Source: Christensenellaceae bacterium
GTDB taxonomy: Bacteria; Bacillota; Clostridia; Christensenellales; DTU072
Length of the DNA stretch: 64,000 nucleotides
Direction: 5' to 3'
NCBI GenBank assembly: GCA_031259085.1
Contig: JAIRMA010000058.1
Location: 1,628 to 65,627 of the forward strand
Shown here: positions 40,757-51,317 of the stretch, one piece after another
How positions within the stretch are numbered: the first letter of the stretch is position 1
Layout: each line of letters starts with the position of its first letter
Notes under the pieces: generated by a model
The model's database searches: none
What the model was told of the DNA's origin: nothing
What the model saw: the letters and a program-made list of their open reading frames with translations, nothing else
Translations under genes and position numbers: made by a program

Positions 40757-41236
40757 CTAGGGCTCTTCTATTGAATCGTCTTCAGCTAATTCAACATCAG
40801 ACTCATCATCTGCAAAATCATTTAAATCAAGGTCTATTATGTCATCAACGAAAGTATCGTCTGGGCTCTTATTATCATCGTCTAAAGAATCATCTGACCA
40901 TTCCTCATCCACTAAACCTTCTAAAGACACTTCATCAGGTTCAAAAATTTCCTCATCATCAACTATTGTGTCAACGGCTTCTTCTTCTTCTGGCCAATCA
41001 ATATCGCCAACAGCTCCGCCTTTTAATTTGCTAAGCTCCGCTAGACAGCTCTCGCAGAACCGTTCCCCATCTGCTACATAGTTTTGATGACATTTAGCGC
41101 ATAGTTCTAATTCATCTTCTTCTACGTCTATGTTTAGAACTAAACCACTCATTTCTGCTAAACAGATGTCACAATATTCATTTTGATCCGTGATGTAATT
41201 AACCTCACATCTTGGACATTTTCTATATTTTGCCAT
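40757..41236 (-). CDS. Double zinc-ribbon protein with a polyacidic C-terminal tail
   Basis: 159 aa with two related CxxC-N13/14-CxxC units (CPRCEVNYITDQNEYCDICLAEMS and CAKCHQNYVADGERFCESCLAELS), followed by about 90 residues dominated by D and E. Confidence 0.6.
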   Translation of the reverse strand: MAKYRKCPRCEVNYITDQNEYCDICLAEMSGLVLNIDVEEDELELCAKCHQNYVADGERFCESCLAELSKLKGGAVGDIDWPEEEEAVDTIVDDEEIFEPDEVSLEGLVDEEWSDDSLDDDNKSPDDTFVDDIIDLDLNDFADDESDVELAEDDSIEEP

Positions 41237-41506
41237 GAGACCACCCTCATAAATATTTTGCGTATATATTATATTTACACACTTAAAAAAAGTAAACCAT
41301 TTTTAATGCGTTTTGTCACATTAATTAAAATATTTCTTGCGAAACATGATTTTTAAACTGCCAGAATTTACTATTTGCTAATTAAACGTGCTACTCCTCT
41401 TTGCTTTATGTTAAAAGCATCCAATACTTAGCGTTTAAATCCAAGTAATGAATGCTACTCTGTAGTGTTATTCAAATCGTCCTTTATGATTTAATGCGCC
41501 TTATTA

Positions 41507-42934
41507 TTAACTGCTTAACAAAGCTACTTCATCTTCAGCCGTGATCAAACTAAGTTGTTTAGGTTTTAATGACTCAGTATCACGTGGTTTTACTGTTGTT
41601 ATATCAAGATAATACGTGTAATCCTTTACGGAGGAATTCCAGAAATATATGATGTTTTCTATCCTTTCTAAACCAAGCCATGTAGAATTGAATGATGCTG
41701 TAAAAATTTCCACAGCCTCAGCTCCAAAACTTACAACATACTCGCCGTCAATTATGTCTAGAACTTTAATTCTACTAATTACTGAGGAACTGTTATAACA
41801 TATTTCTACATTGTCTTGATTTTGTATGATATAGAATATAGTAGCTGAACTTGGAATTAATGTTGCTTCGGGATCCTTAACATAGGCGCCATTTTTTAGT
41901 CTAAACAAAACAATATCTGTCCCATATGTAGCAATTAAATTCTCTTCATTCAAAAAATGCAACTTAGTTATTTCTCTGCCAGTTGTATATCTAATCTCCT
42001 TTTCATAATCAAAGGCTAAGTCATTTGTAAAATCATAAGAATACGTGCCCTTAGATCTAGTGTTAGTCCCGCTGTCTGTTTTCGAATAAATTAATCTTAG
42101 CTTGTTATCACTTAAATAATGAGTTTCTACTAGTGTAAAAGTATATCCTGTGGATATTTCCAGGCTTTCAGCTGGGTATGACGGAACGTTCCCTGTTATT
42201 AGTTTCTGCTTAGTGCCACCAGCTTTGTATATCCAAATCTCATTATGAGAATCAGTTGATACATCTGATGCTTTTGTAAATAAAACAGCATTAGCAAAAT
42301 CATTTTCGTTATCTGTACGCGCTGTAAAATAATAAGCGGTTATATCACTTTGCACTATCTCGTCATCAAACTTTTTAGAATTCAAATCAATTTGATGTAT
42401 TTCACTAGAATCTTTAACATATAGAATATATCCTGCTACAACCTTGTAAACTATTGTATAGTCATCAAACTTGCCTATTATTTCAGTTCCCGTTCCATCT
42501 AATTTAGATCTCATTAAAAACATCGCAGATGTTCTAATATCACCATTTTTGTCTTTGTCTGTGGAGGGGGAAGAATAATATATATATTCATCTTGAATAT
42601 ATAATCCAGAACTTGAAACTGAATTATATACATTTTTAGAAACTATAACTTTGTTAGTTTCATATTTAGGCGTTCCATCATTATCCAACTCGCAACGTAC
42701 GATCGCACCTTTCAAAACTTTACCAAAAGTATTATCCACTGTATTACCAGCATATCCGTTAATATAATACAGATACTTGCCAATTTTTACAGCTAAGCCA
42801 CCATTAGATTCTGGAAGCACTCCAGTAAGACTATCGGTGGATACTGGATCAGTTTTAAAATTTTCTCCACAAGCAACGAGTAAAGCCATTAAACAAATAA
42901 TGCATAACAGTAATACAATAATCTTTTTGACCAT
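41507..42934 (-). CDS. Lipoprotein, beta-propeller-like (DUF5050-like YxYY repeats)
   Basis: 475 aa with signal peptide and lipobox (LLVAC). Repeated KYLYYINGY / EYIYYSS / GYILYVKD / NIIYFWN strands. Confidence 0.6.
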   Translation of the reverse strand: MVKKIIVLLLCIICLMALLVACGENFKTDPVSTDSLTGVLPESNGGLAVKIGKYLYYINGYAGNTVDNTFGKVLKGAIVRCELDNDGTPKYETNKVIVSKNVYNSVSSSGLYIQDEYIYYSSPSTDKDKNGDIRTSAMFLMRSKLDGTGTEIIGKFDDYTIVYKVVAGYILYVKDSSEIHQIDLNSKKFDDEIVQSDITAYYFTARTDNENDFANAVLFTKASDVSTDSHNEIWIYKAGGTKQKLITGNVPSYPAESLEISTGYTFTLVETHYLSDNKLRLIYSKTDSGTNTRSKGTYSYDFTNDLAFDYEKEIRYTTGREITKLHFLNEENLIATYGTDIVLFRLKNGAYVKDPEATLIPSSATIFYIIQNQDNVEICYNSSSVISRIKVLDIIDGEYVVSFGAEAVEIFTASFNSTWLGLERIENIIYFWNSSVKDYTYYLDITTVKPRDTESLKPKQLSLITAEDEVALLSS

Positions 42935-43388
42935 TACAATTTCTCCCGGTCATAAACTAGCTATTTTCTACACTTAAACAAGTTTATCATGTCTCACAAA
43001 TGCGACAGATAAAATGCGCTTGCTAATTATACACAAATAAGTTGATTTTAGCAAGAAAATCAAACCTATATTCTAAGGTTTTTGTTTGTTAATTAACAAA
43101 GTTAATTGACAAAGTGTTTTAAGACTCTTAATTCGCTCTGTAAAAATGGGTAAATGTTAAATCCTATTTTAACTCTTTAATGTGAAGGCATCAAAAACAC
43201 GTGAAATTTTAAATTCTATGTGGCTAACTAGATTTAATGAATAACTCAATAAACTCCTTTAAACCATTGCTGAAGTTTTATATGTAATGTTTAATTTAAC
43301 TTTATTAATGATCCCCATTCAAGAACAATCTGTATGTACATCTTTAATTGTAAATACAACTATAACCTTAATTGAAACATTTTCGAGA

Positions 43389-44303
43389 TTACCCATCACT
43401 TTTCATTTTATCTGTTAGCTCCTGAATGACACGATCAGCATCCTCATATGGTACCTGACAAGTTCCAACTTGTTTATGGCCACCTCCACCGTATTTTAGC
43501 AAGAGCGTTCCAACGTCAGTCTTAGATGTTCTTTTAATGATGCTATGTCCTACTGCAATCGGACAATTTTGTTTTCCTTTCCCATCAACCGCCCAAATTG
43601 ATATGTTTTGATCTGGATATAAACTATATATGACAAAACGGTTGCCAGTGTAAATAGGAGTAATACCACGCAAATCAGTTATGATTACATTCCCATCAAT
43701 TTTTGTATACTTCTTAATCATTTCACGAAATAAAGCGTCCTGCTCAAAATACATCTCGCATCGCTCTTTAACGTCAGGATTAGCTAAAATTTCTTCGATG
43801 TCTTCTCTGCGACATTGATCAATTAAATCAACCATCAACTCATAATTGCTTATTCTAAAATTAGAAAACCGCCCAAGGCCAGTTCTAGGATCCATTATAA
43901 AACCTAATAAAACCCACTCCTTAGGGTGTAAAATTTCACTTATTGTTAGTTTTGCAGCATCAACTTTGTCAACAGCTAGTACCATGTCTTCAAAATGGGG
44001 GAGACGCTTTCTGCCACCGTAATATTCATATATTATACGTGCGGCGCTATCCTCAGGACGACTTTCGCCTTGATACGAAAAGTCCGCACCTAGCCTAACA
44101 GTTTCGCTAGCATGATGATCGAACCATAGCTTGCATCCTTTCACATAAGGCACATTAGCTAAAACATCATTGTCCGTCACATGAATTTTTCCATCTTGTA
44201 TGTCCTTAGGATGCACAAAAGTCCATGTGTCTATAACATCAAGCTCCTTTAGCAAAGCTCCACATGCAAGTCCGTCAAAATCCGATCTTGTTAATAATCT
44301 CAT
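43389..44303 (-). CDS. DHH-family phosphoesterase (predicted)
   Basis: 304 aa with MRLLTRSDFDGLACGALL (DxD) and LWFDHHASE (DHH motif). Confidence 0.6.
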   Translation of the reverse strand: MRLLTRSDFDGLACGALLKELDVIDTWTFVHPKDIQDGKIHVTDNDVLANVPYVKGCKLWFDHHASETVRLGADFSYQGESRPEDSAARIIYEYYGGRKRLPHFEDMVLAVDKVDAAKLTISEILHPKEWVLLGFIMDPRTGLGRFSNFRISNYELMVDLIDQCRREDIEEILANPDVKERCEMYFEQDALFREMIKKYTKIDGNVIITDLRGITPIYTGNRFVIYSLYPDQNISIWAVDGKGKQNCPIAVGHSIIKRTSKTDVGTLLLKYGGGGHKQVGTCQVPYEDADRVIQELTDKMKSDG

Positions 44304-44440
44304 TTTTGTCTCCAGACTAAAACAAATAAATCACTTTTTATTATATCATTTAATTTTGTTTTTTTCAATGTTTGTTCTAATCTCAAATTAGTTGTCATAA
44401 TGGAATTATTTGGATTAGCGATTAAATTGCCTTTCTATTT

Positions 44441-45295
44441 CTAGTTATTAGAATTACAGGCATTTAATAAATCACCCAATCCCTCTTCAAAATTAACCCC
44501 AAATCTTATGTCTGTTTGAGATTCGTAGGTTCGTTTAATTGACCCCACTGTAAAATCTACAGCTATCTCAACAGCTTTGGATAGTTTCTTATTTTTTACT
44601 AAGGCAGCTACTAATGCAGATCCGAACACGTCACCAGTGCCATGATAGTATCCAGATATCCTGTTTGCCCTAGCAAAGGAAAACTCTTGAGTTAATGCAT
44701 CAAATGATGCTGCGCCTAGATCCCTCTCATCGAAGTAAACACCCGTTAATACAACCTTCTTAGGTCCTAACTGGCTTAACTTAATTAGTAGTTCTCTGAT
44801 GTATTCTTTTGTATATGGACCTTCTTTATATTGTCCACTCAGCATAAGTGAAGCTTCTGTTATGTTAGGCATTATAACATCAGCTAACTGACATAACGAA
44901 ACCATTCCTTTGGGAAAATTTTCATCGAAGATCTTATATAGTTCACCATTATCTGCCATGACTGGATCAACAGCTATTATGGAGCCCTCAGCTTTAAATT
45001 TTTTAAATATTTGAGACACAATATCAATCTGTTCAAACGACCCTAAAAAGCCACTATATACAGCATCAAATTTAATATTGAGCTCCTCCCAATGCTTAAT
45101 AATTGGAACTATATCATCAGTTAGATCCCGATAAGTGTATCCTGTAAATCCACCAGTATGTGTTGATAATATTGCTGTCGGCAAAACAACTGTTTCGATG
45201 CCAGTAGCAGATATGATAGGTAGAGCCACCGTTAATGAGCATCTCCCAAAACAAGAAACGTCATGTACTGCTAATAACCTCTTTTGTTTGCTCAT
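44441..45295 (-). CDS. pdxK: Pyridoxal/pyridoxamine kinase (ribokinase superfamily)
   Basis: 284 aa with LAVHDVSCFGRCSLTVALPI and the GTGDVFGSALV anion hole. Confidence 0.8.
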   Translation of the reverse strand: MSKQKRLLAVHDVSCFGRCSLTVALPIISATGIETVVLPTAILSTHTGGFTGYTYRDLTDDIVPIIKHWEELNIKFDAVYSGFLGSFEQIDIVSQIFKKFKAEGSIIAVDPVMADNGELYKIFDENFPKGMVSLCQLADVIMPNITEASLMLSGQYKEGPYTKEYIRELLIKLSQLGPKKVVLTGVYFDERDLGAASFDALTQEFSFARANRISGYYHGTGDVFGSALVAALVKNKKLSKAVEIAVDFTVGSIKRTYESQTDIRFGVNFEEGLGDLLNACNSNN

Positions 45296-45937
45296 ATTTA
45301 ACCTCGTGTATTTTTATTCGTTGTTATTAGTGACTCGTGTTTAATTATGTTTATCTAATATTGAACCTGATTGTTTTTAGATAAATAAATATATAGCTGT
45401 TAAAGTTCCTCAATAGATATATGCTTTTTTTTGAGTTCACTCTTTATTGTATATGAATAATATACTATATAGATATGATTTGTCAAGTTTTTTAAATTCT
45501 TATAATACTTTGTCAGATATGTTATTAAGCACATTAATAAATTTTTATTACATTCTTCTAATATTGCATTTTTTTTAAGCGCACACTCAAACATCGCGCT
45601 TGTGACAAAACCGGATTATGTTTTTACATCTCGCAGTAGTATAACAGAATCATTGGGTGTGTTCCTATATTTTGCTTAACTCTCAAGTATAAATTCTACG
45701 CAAGTCATAATTCTATTTTTACATCCATTTCTTCAGGGGTTATAATCCTTAGCCTTTTATTTATAAAACGATATTATAACATTTTTATAGTTGTCTTTTT
45801 GTTTATCTGTGATATATAATTTTACTAGGATTTATTATGGCTCAAAATATATCTTTTTTGTTCATAACTAAATAATCAATCTCTACTACAACAATCTTTT
45901 TAAGAATTACATCATTCATTATTTAAGGACAAGTTAA

Positions 45938-46759
45938 ATGACATCCGGATTTTCGTTAGAGGAAAATAATAATGTGAAATTTATAAGAATCAGAGAAATT
46001 GACATATTGCGCGGTTTTTGCATATTGTTAATGTTTGTTGACCATTTTGCTTTTTTTATTCTCAAATTCGACGTCTTTCATTGGACAGAACAATCTTCAA
46101 CATTCCTTGATGCCTTAATAAAATTATCTAAATATTTTTATTCTGGTAATGGGCGGTTAATCCGTGATGTTATAAGATATTTCGTGCTTGACATTTATTT
46201 TATCATATCTGGTATTTGTTGCTCGTTTAGCAAAAGTAATCTAAAAAGATCTTTTAAATTAGCAACCGTAGCAATAAGCATTACTTTATCAATGTTTTTT
46301 CTGTCTCTCATTATGAAACAGGATTTTAATATTTATTTTGGTATTCTCCATTGTTATGCTTCATGTGTATTTATATATTGGGTTATCACAAAGCTGCCAA
46401 AAAAATTATTTTATCCGTGTCTTATACTATTAGTTTTATGTTCTGTCATAATAGGATTGCTTAATCCAACGTTACAAAGCTCAAATATCTTATTGCCTTT
46501 TGGGATCCCATCTGCTACCTATTCTCCTGCTATAGAATATGATCCAATATTCCCATCAATTGCTATATTTGTATTCGGTGCAATTCTAGGCAAAACATTA
46601 TATAAAAACAAGAGACCTCTTTGCCCCGCACTTGAAAAAATACACCACCATCCGATTAGCTTTGTTGGACAACATGGTCTCATTTTTTACATAGCTCACA
46701 TACCAATACTTGCCATCATTGTATGGATTCTTGGTGTCATAGCCTACTGTCACATTTGA
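45938..46759 (+). CDS. Polytopic membrane protein, DUF1624 / heparan-alpha-glucosaminide N-acetyltransferase-like
   Basis: 273 aa with REIDILRGFCILLMFVDHF at the N-terminus and about 8 TM segments. Confidence 0.65.
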   Translation: MTSGFSLEENNNVKFIRIREIDILRGFCILLMFVDHFAFFILKFDVFHWTEQSSTFLDALIKLSKYFYSGNGRLIRDVIRYFVLDIYFIISGICCSFSKSNLKRSFKLATVAISITLSMFFLSLIMKQDFNIYFGILHCYASCVFIYWVITKLPKKLFYPCLILLVLCSVIIGLLNPTLQSSNILLPFGIPSATYSPAIEYDPIFPSIAIFVFGAILGKTLYKNKRPLCPALEKIHHHPISFVGQHGLIFYIAHIPILAIIVWILGVIAYCHI

Positions 46760-47196
46760 ATTTGATAATCTTTAAGTGTTTTATCTAATTCTTTTTATTG
46801 ATATTCAGGTGTAACATTTGTATCAGGAAATGAAAAATTTATGATTCTTTTGTCTCATGTGTTGTATATCACAGCTAAAAATGTGCATATTTATAATTTT
46901 TTGTCTTTCTTTATATTCTTTATTATATATTATTATTGCAAAATTCTGCTAATAAGGTTATAATTTAATCATAGTTATTTATTTATTTGTATTGCAAACC
47001 ATTCCTGCAATTAGATGTCACTCAGAAAACAGGATGTCTTTAATAACTATTTCATTCGTGAATTATGGTTTGTTAACAATTAGTACTATATTCTTTTTAA
47101 GCGCTGTCCTCTACTTTTTTTTAAGTTGCAAAACAACTTAAAAATATATGGAGTGTCTGTTCTAAATTATTATATTACATCAGGGATTATTATTTC

Positions 47197-48738
47197 ATGT
47201 CGAAAAATATCAAATTATCGATAATTTTTCATATTATAGCTTCAATTTTATCTTTTACAGCTTTAATTATAAGTTGCGTAATAGGTGATGTCGTTTTTAT
47301 TGTTTTTTCTTCACTAGCATGTGTTTCGGTTATTTGTTCTACGGTTTTTATTTTTAGAGAAAAATACAGTTCCGATTTACCTATACTTGAACAGGTTCGC
47401 AATTTTATTTCAGGTGGGTACGTGGAATTTTTTGTAGATGATAATCTTACAATTTACTCATGCACTCCTAGTTTAGTGCGTCATCTTGGATATAATGAAG
47501 CTGATTTCAAAAGACTTTTCGACGACAGCTTTCTAAGGCTCGTCGTTCCAGAAGACCGTGAATTCTTGTTATCACGGCTTAAGAGCTCTTCTAATATCTT
47601 AAAAACACAACAACTCAGATTTAGAATTATAGCTGAACAGCAACGCATTATTCCTGTCATAGCTCAGCTTACATATTCACTGACGCCACAAAAATTTGCA
47701 AAGCAATACGATTGTTATACACATATATTAGTACGTTGTTTGATCATCGATTTTACCTCCGTCAAAAATGATGAGATTGAGCGATCCATAGAAGCAGAAC
47801 GTTATAAAGTAATAGTTGAACAATCAGATAGTATTATATTTGATTACAATATAAAAGAGCGGATCATATTTGTAAATAATGCCTTTGAGAAAAAATTCGG
47901 CTATAAAATTATGCCTGGAGCTGATCTAAGAAATATATTGTCTGGTGATGATGGGATAACACATGCAGAAGACGCTGAAAAAATAATTTCACTCATAAGC
48001 TCAACCGAAGCTACTCACGAATTAGTACTGCGTATCAAGAAATTTGACGGGAGCTATATTTGGTGCAAATTAGTTGCTACACTCTTATTTGGTCCAGACA
48101 CACAACCAGTTAGAGTAGTAGGTAGAATAATAGATATTGATGTCTCATTTAAAGAAAAAGAGCTTCTGTTAGAGCGGACATTAAGAGATCCTTTAACTGG
48201 ATTATACAACAAAATAGCAACAGAGAATATGGTACAAGAGTGTCTGATCACGGCACCACCACTAGCATTGTTTTCTTTTGTCTTATTTGACCTAGATAAT
48301 TTTAAACACATTAATGATAATTTTGGGCATATTTGTGGCGATAGAGTGCTATCTAAAGTTACAACAACTATCTCATCTTTGCTTAGATCCTCTGACATAA
48401 TAGGGAGAATCGGTGGTGATGAGTTTGTTGTTTTAATTAGAGATTTACCTAACGAATTACACGCTATCAAAAAGGTTGCCTCCATCCTTTCTTCTATTTG
48501 TAGTGCATTTACTTTAGAAAATGATGGCTTTTTAGTTTCAGCAAGTGCTGGGATTGCGTTCTTTTCTTCACATGGGACTAGTTATTTAGAACTTTTCGAA
48601 AAAGCTGATAAATCCTTATACAAAGTCAAAAATGGCGGCAAGAATGCATACGCTGTTTACTCAGAACCAATTCCTAAACATGCAACACAAAAGACTCGTA
48701 TCTATGCTGGAACAGACAAAATGGGAGTTGCAAAATGA
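47197..48738 (+). CDS. Membrane-anchored PAS-GGDEF diguanylate cyclase
   Basis: 513 aa with two N-terminal TM helices and PAS-like repeats. Intact GGDEF (RIGGDEFVVL) with an RxxD I-site (RSSD) five residues upstream. Confidence 0.85.
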   Translation: MSKNIKLSIIFHIIASILSFTALIISCVIGDVVFIVFSSLACVSVICSTVFIFREKYSSDLPILEQVRNFISGGYVEFFVDDNLTIYSCTPSLVRHLGYNEADFKRLFDDSFLRLVVPEDREFLLSRLKSSSNILKTQQLRFRIIAEQQRIIPVIAQLTYSLTPQKFAKQYDCYTHILVRCLIIDFTSVKNDEIERSIEAERYKVIVEQSDSIIFDYNIKERIIFVNNAFEKKFGYKIMPGADLRNILSGDDGITHAEDAEKIISLISSTEATHELVLRIKKFDGSYIWCKLVATLLFGPDTQPVRVVGRIIDIDVSFKEKELLLERTLRDPLTGLYNKIATENMVQECLITAPPLALFSFVLFDLDNFKHINDNFGHICGDRVLSKVTTTISSLLRSSDIIGRIGGDEFVVLIRDLPNELHAIKKVASILSSICSAFTLENDGFLVSASAGIAFFSSHGTSYLELFEKADKSLYKVKNGGKNAYAVYSEPIPKHATQKTRIYAGTDKMGVAK

Positions 48739-51296
48739 AAAAATACTATTTTAGATTTTTCCTGTTTGTAATAGTAATATTATTAGCCATAAGTGCAATA
48801 ACTGTGGTTTACATGAACTATTATTCAAATACGGTCCATGAGCGTTATGAGGCGGTTTATGAGGAATCTATAGATAATGCTAGAGCACATCTAGATCAAT
48901 ACGTGACTGAGGCATTTCAAACACTAGAGGAACTACAGGATGGTGAGCATTTTGATGTTCCTACTGGTTATTATGCTATTGGCACTTTGGGACGAAAAGA
49001 GATTAAAAAACACGAAGCCCCAGCATCGATAAAAGCAGAATCCATAAACGATACGATTTTTAATTATGTGTCAGGTTCTGCATTAAAAGATAGCTACGGA
49101 TTTTCATATCCATACGTTATGACATTTTCAACTTTTTTTGACAACGATCTAGTTATTTACTCAAAACCCACTAATAATCCTGACGAATACATTCTCTTAT
49201 ACGAAAAACTAGAAGACTTTAATAAGAAAATTTCTGTCCTAAATCTAGATAATATAATTATGGTGGACGATAACGGTTTAGTCATGGCCTCTCATGACAC
49301 ATTTAAGTATGATAAGCTATATTCCGAAGCATCTACATCAGCATTTATCCCATCTGAATTTGGTGATATGGACACTAACACAACACTAAGAATCAGCTTA
49401 GATGGCGTCCCACTGTACCTTATCAAAACCAAAATGGACGTGCCACAATACTATGTTGTTGGATATATCAACAGTCAAGTTATTGATGATGCATTAAAAG
49501 CTGATAATATTCGAAACGGTGTCTTTGTCGGACTCACAATATTATTTTCGTTTGGAGGAGCTGTTTTAATATTCACAACTTACTTTGTATTGAGCCGCAA
49601 TTATGTTAATGTGAGCATTGCTAAAGGCAAATACAGTTTGTTTGTAGGTAAGGGCGGGGACATAATAAAACGCAATAGGAAATTTAAAAAAGAGTATAAG
49701 TATAGCACAATCTCAGCCTCGTTAATGAATAATGAATTGGGTGTCCCAAATACGGTAGGGGACAGTGATCTTATACTGCGAATGATCAATCGTGCTGGTG
49801 AACAAACTTATCTTAGATTTCTATCAACAAAAACGTTGTATGGGTATAGGATGTTAGGCACTGATGCCACCGCTTTTATGAATGTGTATCTTGAGGCACG
49901 ATACCTATCTAACTGTGATTACCTAACACGTCTACCGAATCTTACACAATTAGATATAGACTATCAAAAAGCATGCTTTGAATCAGGAAACGAACAATTT
50001 TGTTTTGAATTTATTGATATAATTGATATGGAACGATATAAGGTGATGTTTGGTCAGTCATTCTACGACCAATTAAAAATCAATTTTTCTAAACGTTTAA
50101 ACAATATCTTTAATGGGATGGTTTATCAATCGAGCGATACTCGATTCCTTATATTCACAAGAGAAACTACTATTACAAAATTTTTAACAACCGAATTGGA
50201 TAAATATTCAAGTTTGATAAATGCACCTATTCGTGTTGAAACACAATTTTTGATTCTGGAATTCAAAGGTGGACATAGTAAGCCATTCTTAGCTAAAGAG
50301 CGCCCACTTCTTGAGACTATGTTAAATCAGGCACGCCTTGCTTTAACTGCTGCTACTGAATCTGCAGGGCGAAGTATTGTTGGATATTACGATACATTAA
50401 TGCATGGTGACTCTGTGAAATACGAAAACCGCGATGCTGTCCTAGAATTACTTGAGTCCGACTTATTAACCCTTAACTACCAGCCACAACAGAATCTGCA
50501 TACAGGTGCAATAGTTGGGTTCGAAGCGTTAATTAGACCTAAGAAAAAATTAAACATGCCAATTCTCAACTTTATAGAACACGCAGAACGAAATGGAAGT
50601 ATAATAGAGCTTGGGAACTTTGTTTATAGAACCGCAATGAGCTTTGCTAAAAAAATAGAACATACTGGCGTTCTCGTTGCTATGAACGTATCACCAGTCC
50701 AGCTTATGCAGGAAGGGTTTGTATCAACATTCTTACATTTCTATAAGTCATTTGACCTTAAACCACATAGTATTGCTATTGAGATTACAGAGTCATTTCT
50801 TATGTCTAACTATAATAGAGTGCTAAGAATTTTGAATATGTTGAGCTCTGCTGGTGTTGATATACATCTAGATGACTTTGGAACAGTCTATTCATCTATG
50901 TTATACTTAAAAAGACTACCAATTAGCACAATCAAAATTGATAGGGAATTTATTAGAGATATTAACTTCAACGGGTACAGCAAAATGGTCGTTGGAATAA
51001 TTGCACAATCGGCGACTCATTTAAAATTAAAGAGTATTGCTGAAGGTGTTGAAACAAGCGAACAAGCTGAAACCTTAAGGGAATTAAAATGTGATATCAT
51101 TCAAGGTTATCATGTTGGTAGGGCTATTGAAGATACAGCCGCATTCGAATTGCTTGGAATAACTCCTCAGGATGTACCAGAGACCCCTGAAATTGTAATC
51201 GCGGAGCCACCAAAGCCACAAACCCCTGAAGATTTCATAGATTCACTTGAGCCCGCAGATCAGTCCACTCAGACAAAAAACGAGAATCCTAACTAA
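48735..51296 (+). CDS. Membrane sensor protein with degenerate GGDEF and intact EAL (c-di-GMP phosphodiesterase) domains
   Basis: 853 aa. Layout is TM, extracytoplasmic domain, TM, then a GGDEF-like domain lacking GGDEF (SSDTRF) and an EAL domain with FEALIRP, NVS, EITES, DDFG, KIDREF, EGVE and QG. ATGA overlap with the cyclase gene. Confidence 0.8.
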   Translation: MKKYYFRFFLFVIVILLAISAITVVYMNYYSNTVHERYEAVYEESIDNARAHLDQYVTEAFQTLEELQDGEHFDVPTGYYAIGTLGRKEIKKHEAPASIKAESINDTIFNYVSGSALKDSYGFSYPYVMTFSTFFDNDLVIYSKPTNNPDEYILLYEKLEDFNKKISVLNLDNIIMVDDNGLVMASHDTFKYDKLYSEASTSAFIPSEFGDMDTNTTLRISLDGVPLYLIKTKMDVPQYYVVGYINSQVIDDALKADNIRNGVFVGLTILFSFGGAVLIFTTYFVLSRNYVNVSIAKGKYSLFVGKGGDIIKRNRKFKKEYKYSTISASLMNNELGVPNTVGDSDLILRMINRAGEQTYLRFLSTKTLYGYRMLGTDATAFMNVYLEARYLSNCDYLTRLPNLTQLDIDYQKACFESGNEQFCFEFIDIIDMERYKVMFGQSFYDQLKINFSKRLNNIFNGMVYQSSDTRFLIFTRETTITKFLTTELDKYSSLINAPIRVETQFLILEFKGGHSKPFLAKERPLLETMLNQARLALTAATESAGRSIVGYYDTLMHGDSVKYENRDAVLELLESDLLTLNYQPQQNLHTGAIVGFEALIRPKKKLNMPILNFIEHAERNGSIIELGNFVYRTAMSFAKKIEHTGVLVAMNVSPVQLMQEGFVSTFLHFYKSFDLKPHSIAIEITESFLMSNYNRVLRILNMLSSAGVDIHLDDFGTVYSSMLYLKRLPISTIKIDREFIRDINFNGYSKMVVGIIAQSATHLKLKSIAEGVETSEQAETLRELKCDIIQGYHVGRAIEDTAAFELLGITPQDVPETPEIVIAEPPKPQTPEDFIDSLEPADQSTQTKNENPN

Positions 51297-51317
51297 TTAA
51301 ACGAGGTTTACATAAAG

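Noticed and set aside
45296-45420. A TPP or other vitamin riboswitch upstream of the pdxK-like kinase.
   Set aside because: The leader contains no CTGAGA / ACCTGATCTGGATAATGCCAGCG-type elements and is simply AT-rich.
45400-45594. A 64-aa minus-strand ORF in the pdxK / DUF1624 spacer.
   Set aside because: It is Lys/Asn/Tyr-rich AT-driven sequence with no RBS. It begins inside a hairpin and is probably not coding.
46994-47004. GCAAACCATTC upstream of the diguanylate cyclase gene is identical to 11 nt of the Vc2 c-di-GMP-I riboswitch.
   Set aside because: The flanking sequence lacks the ACGCAAAGC element and the paired-helix architecture. A short match like this is probably chance.
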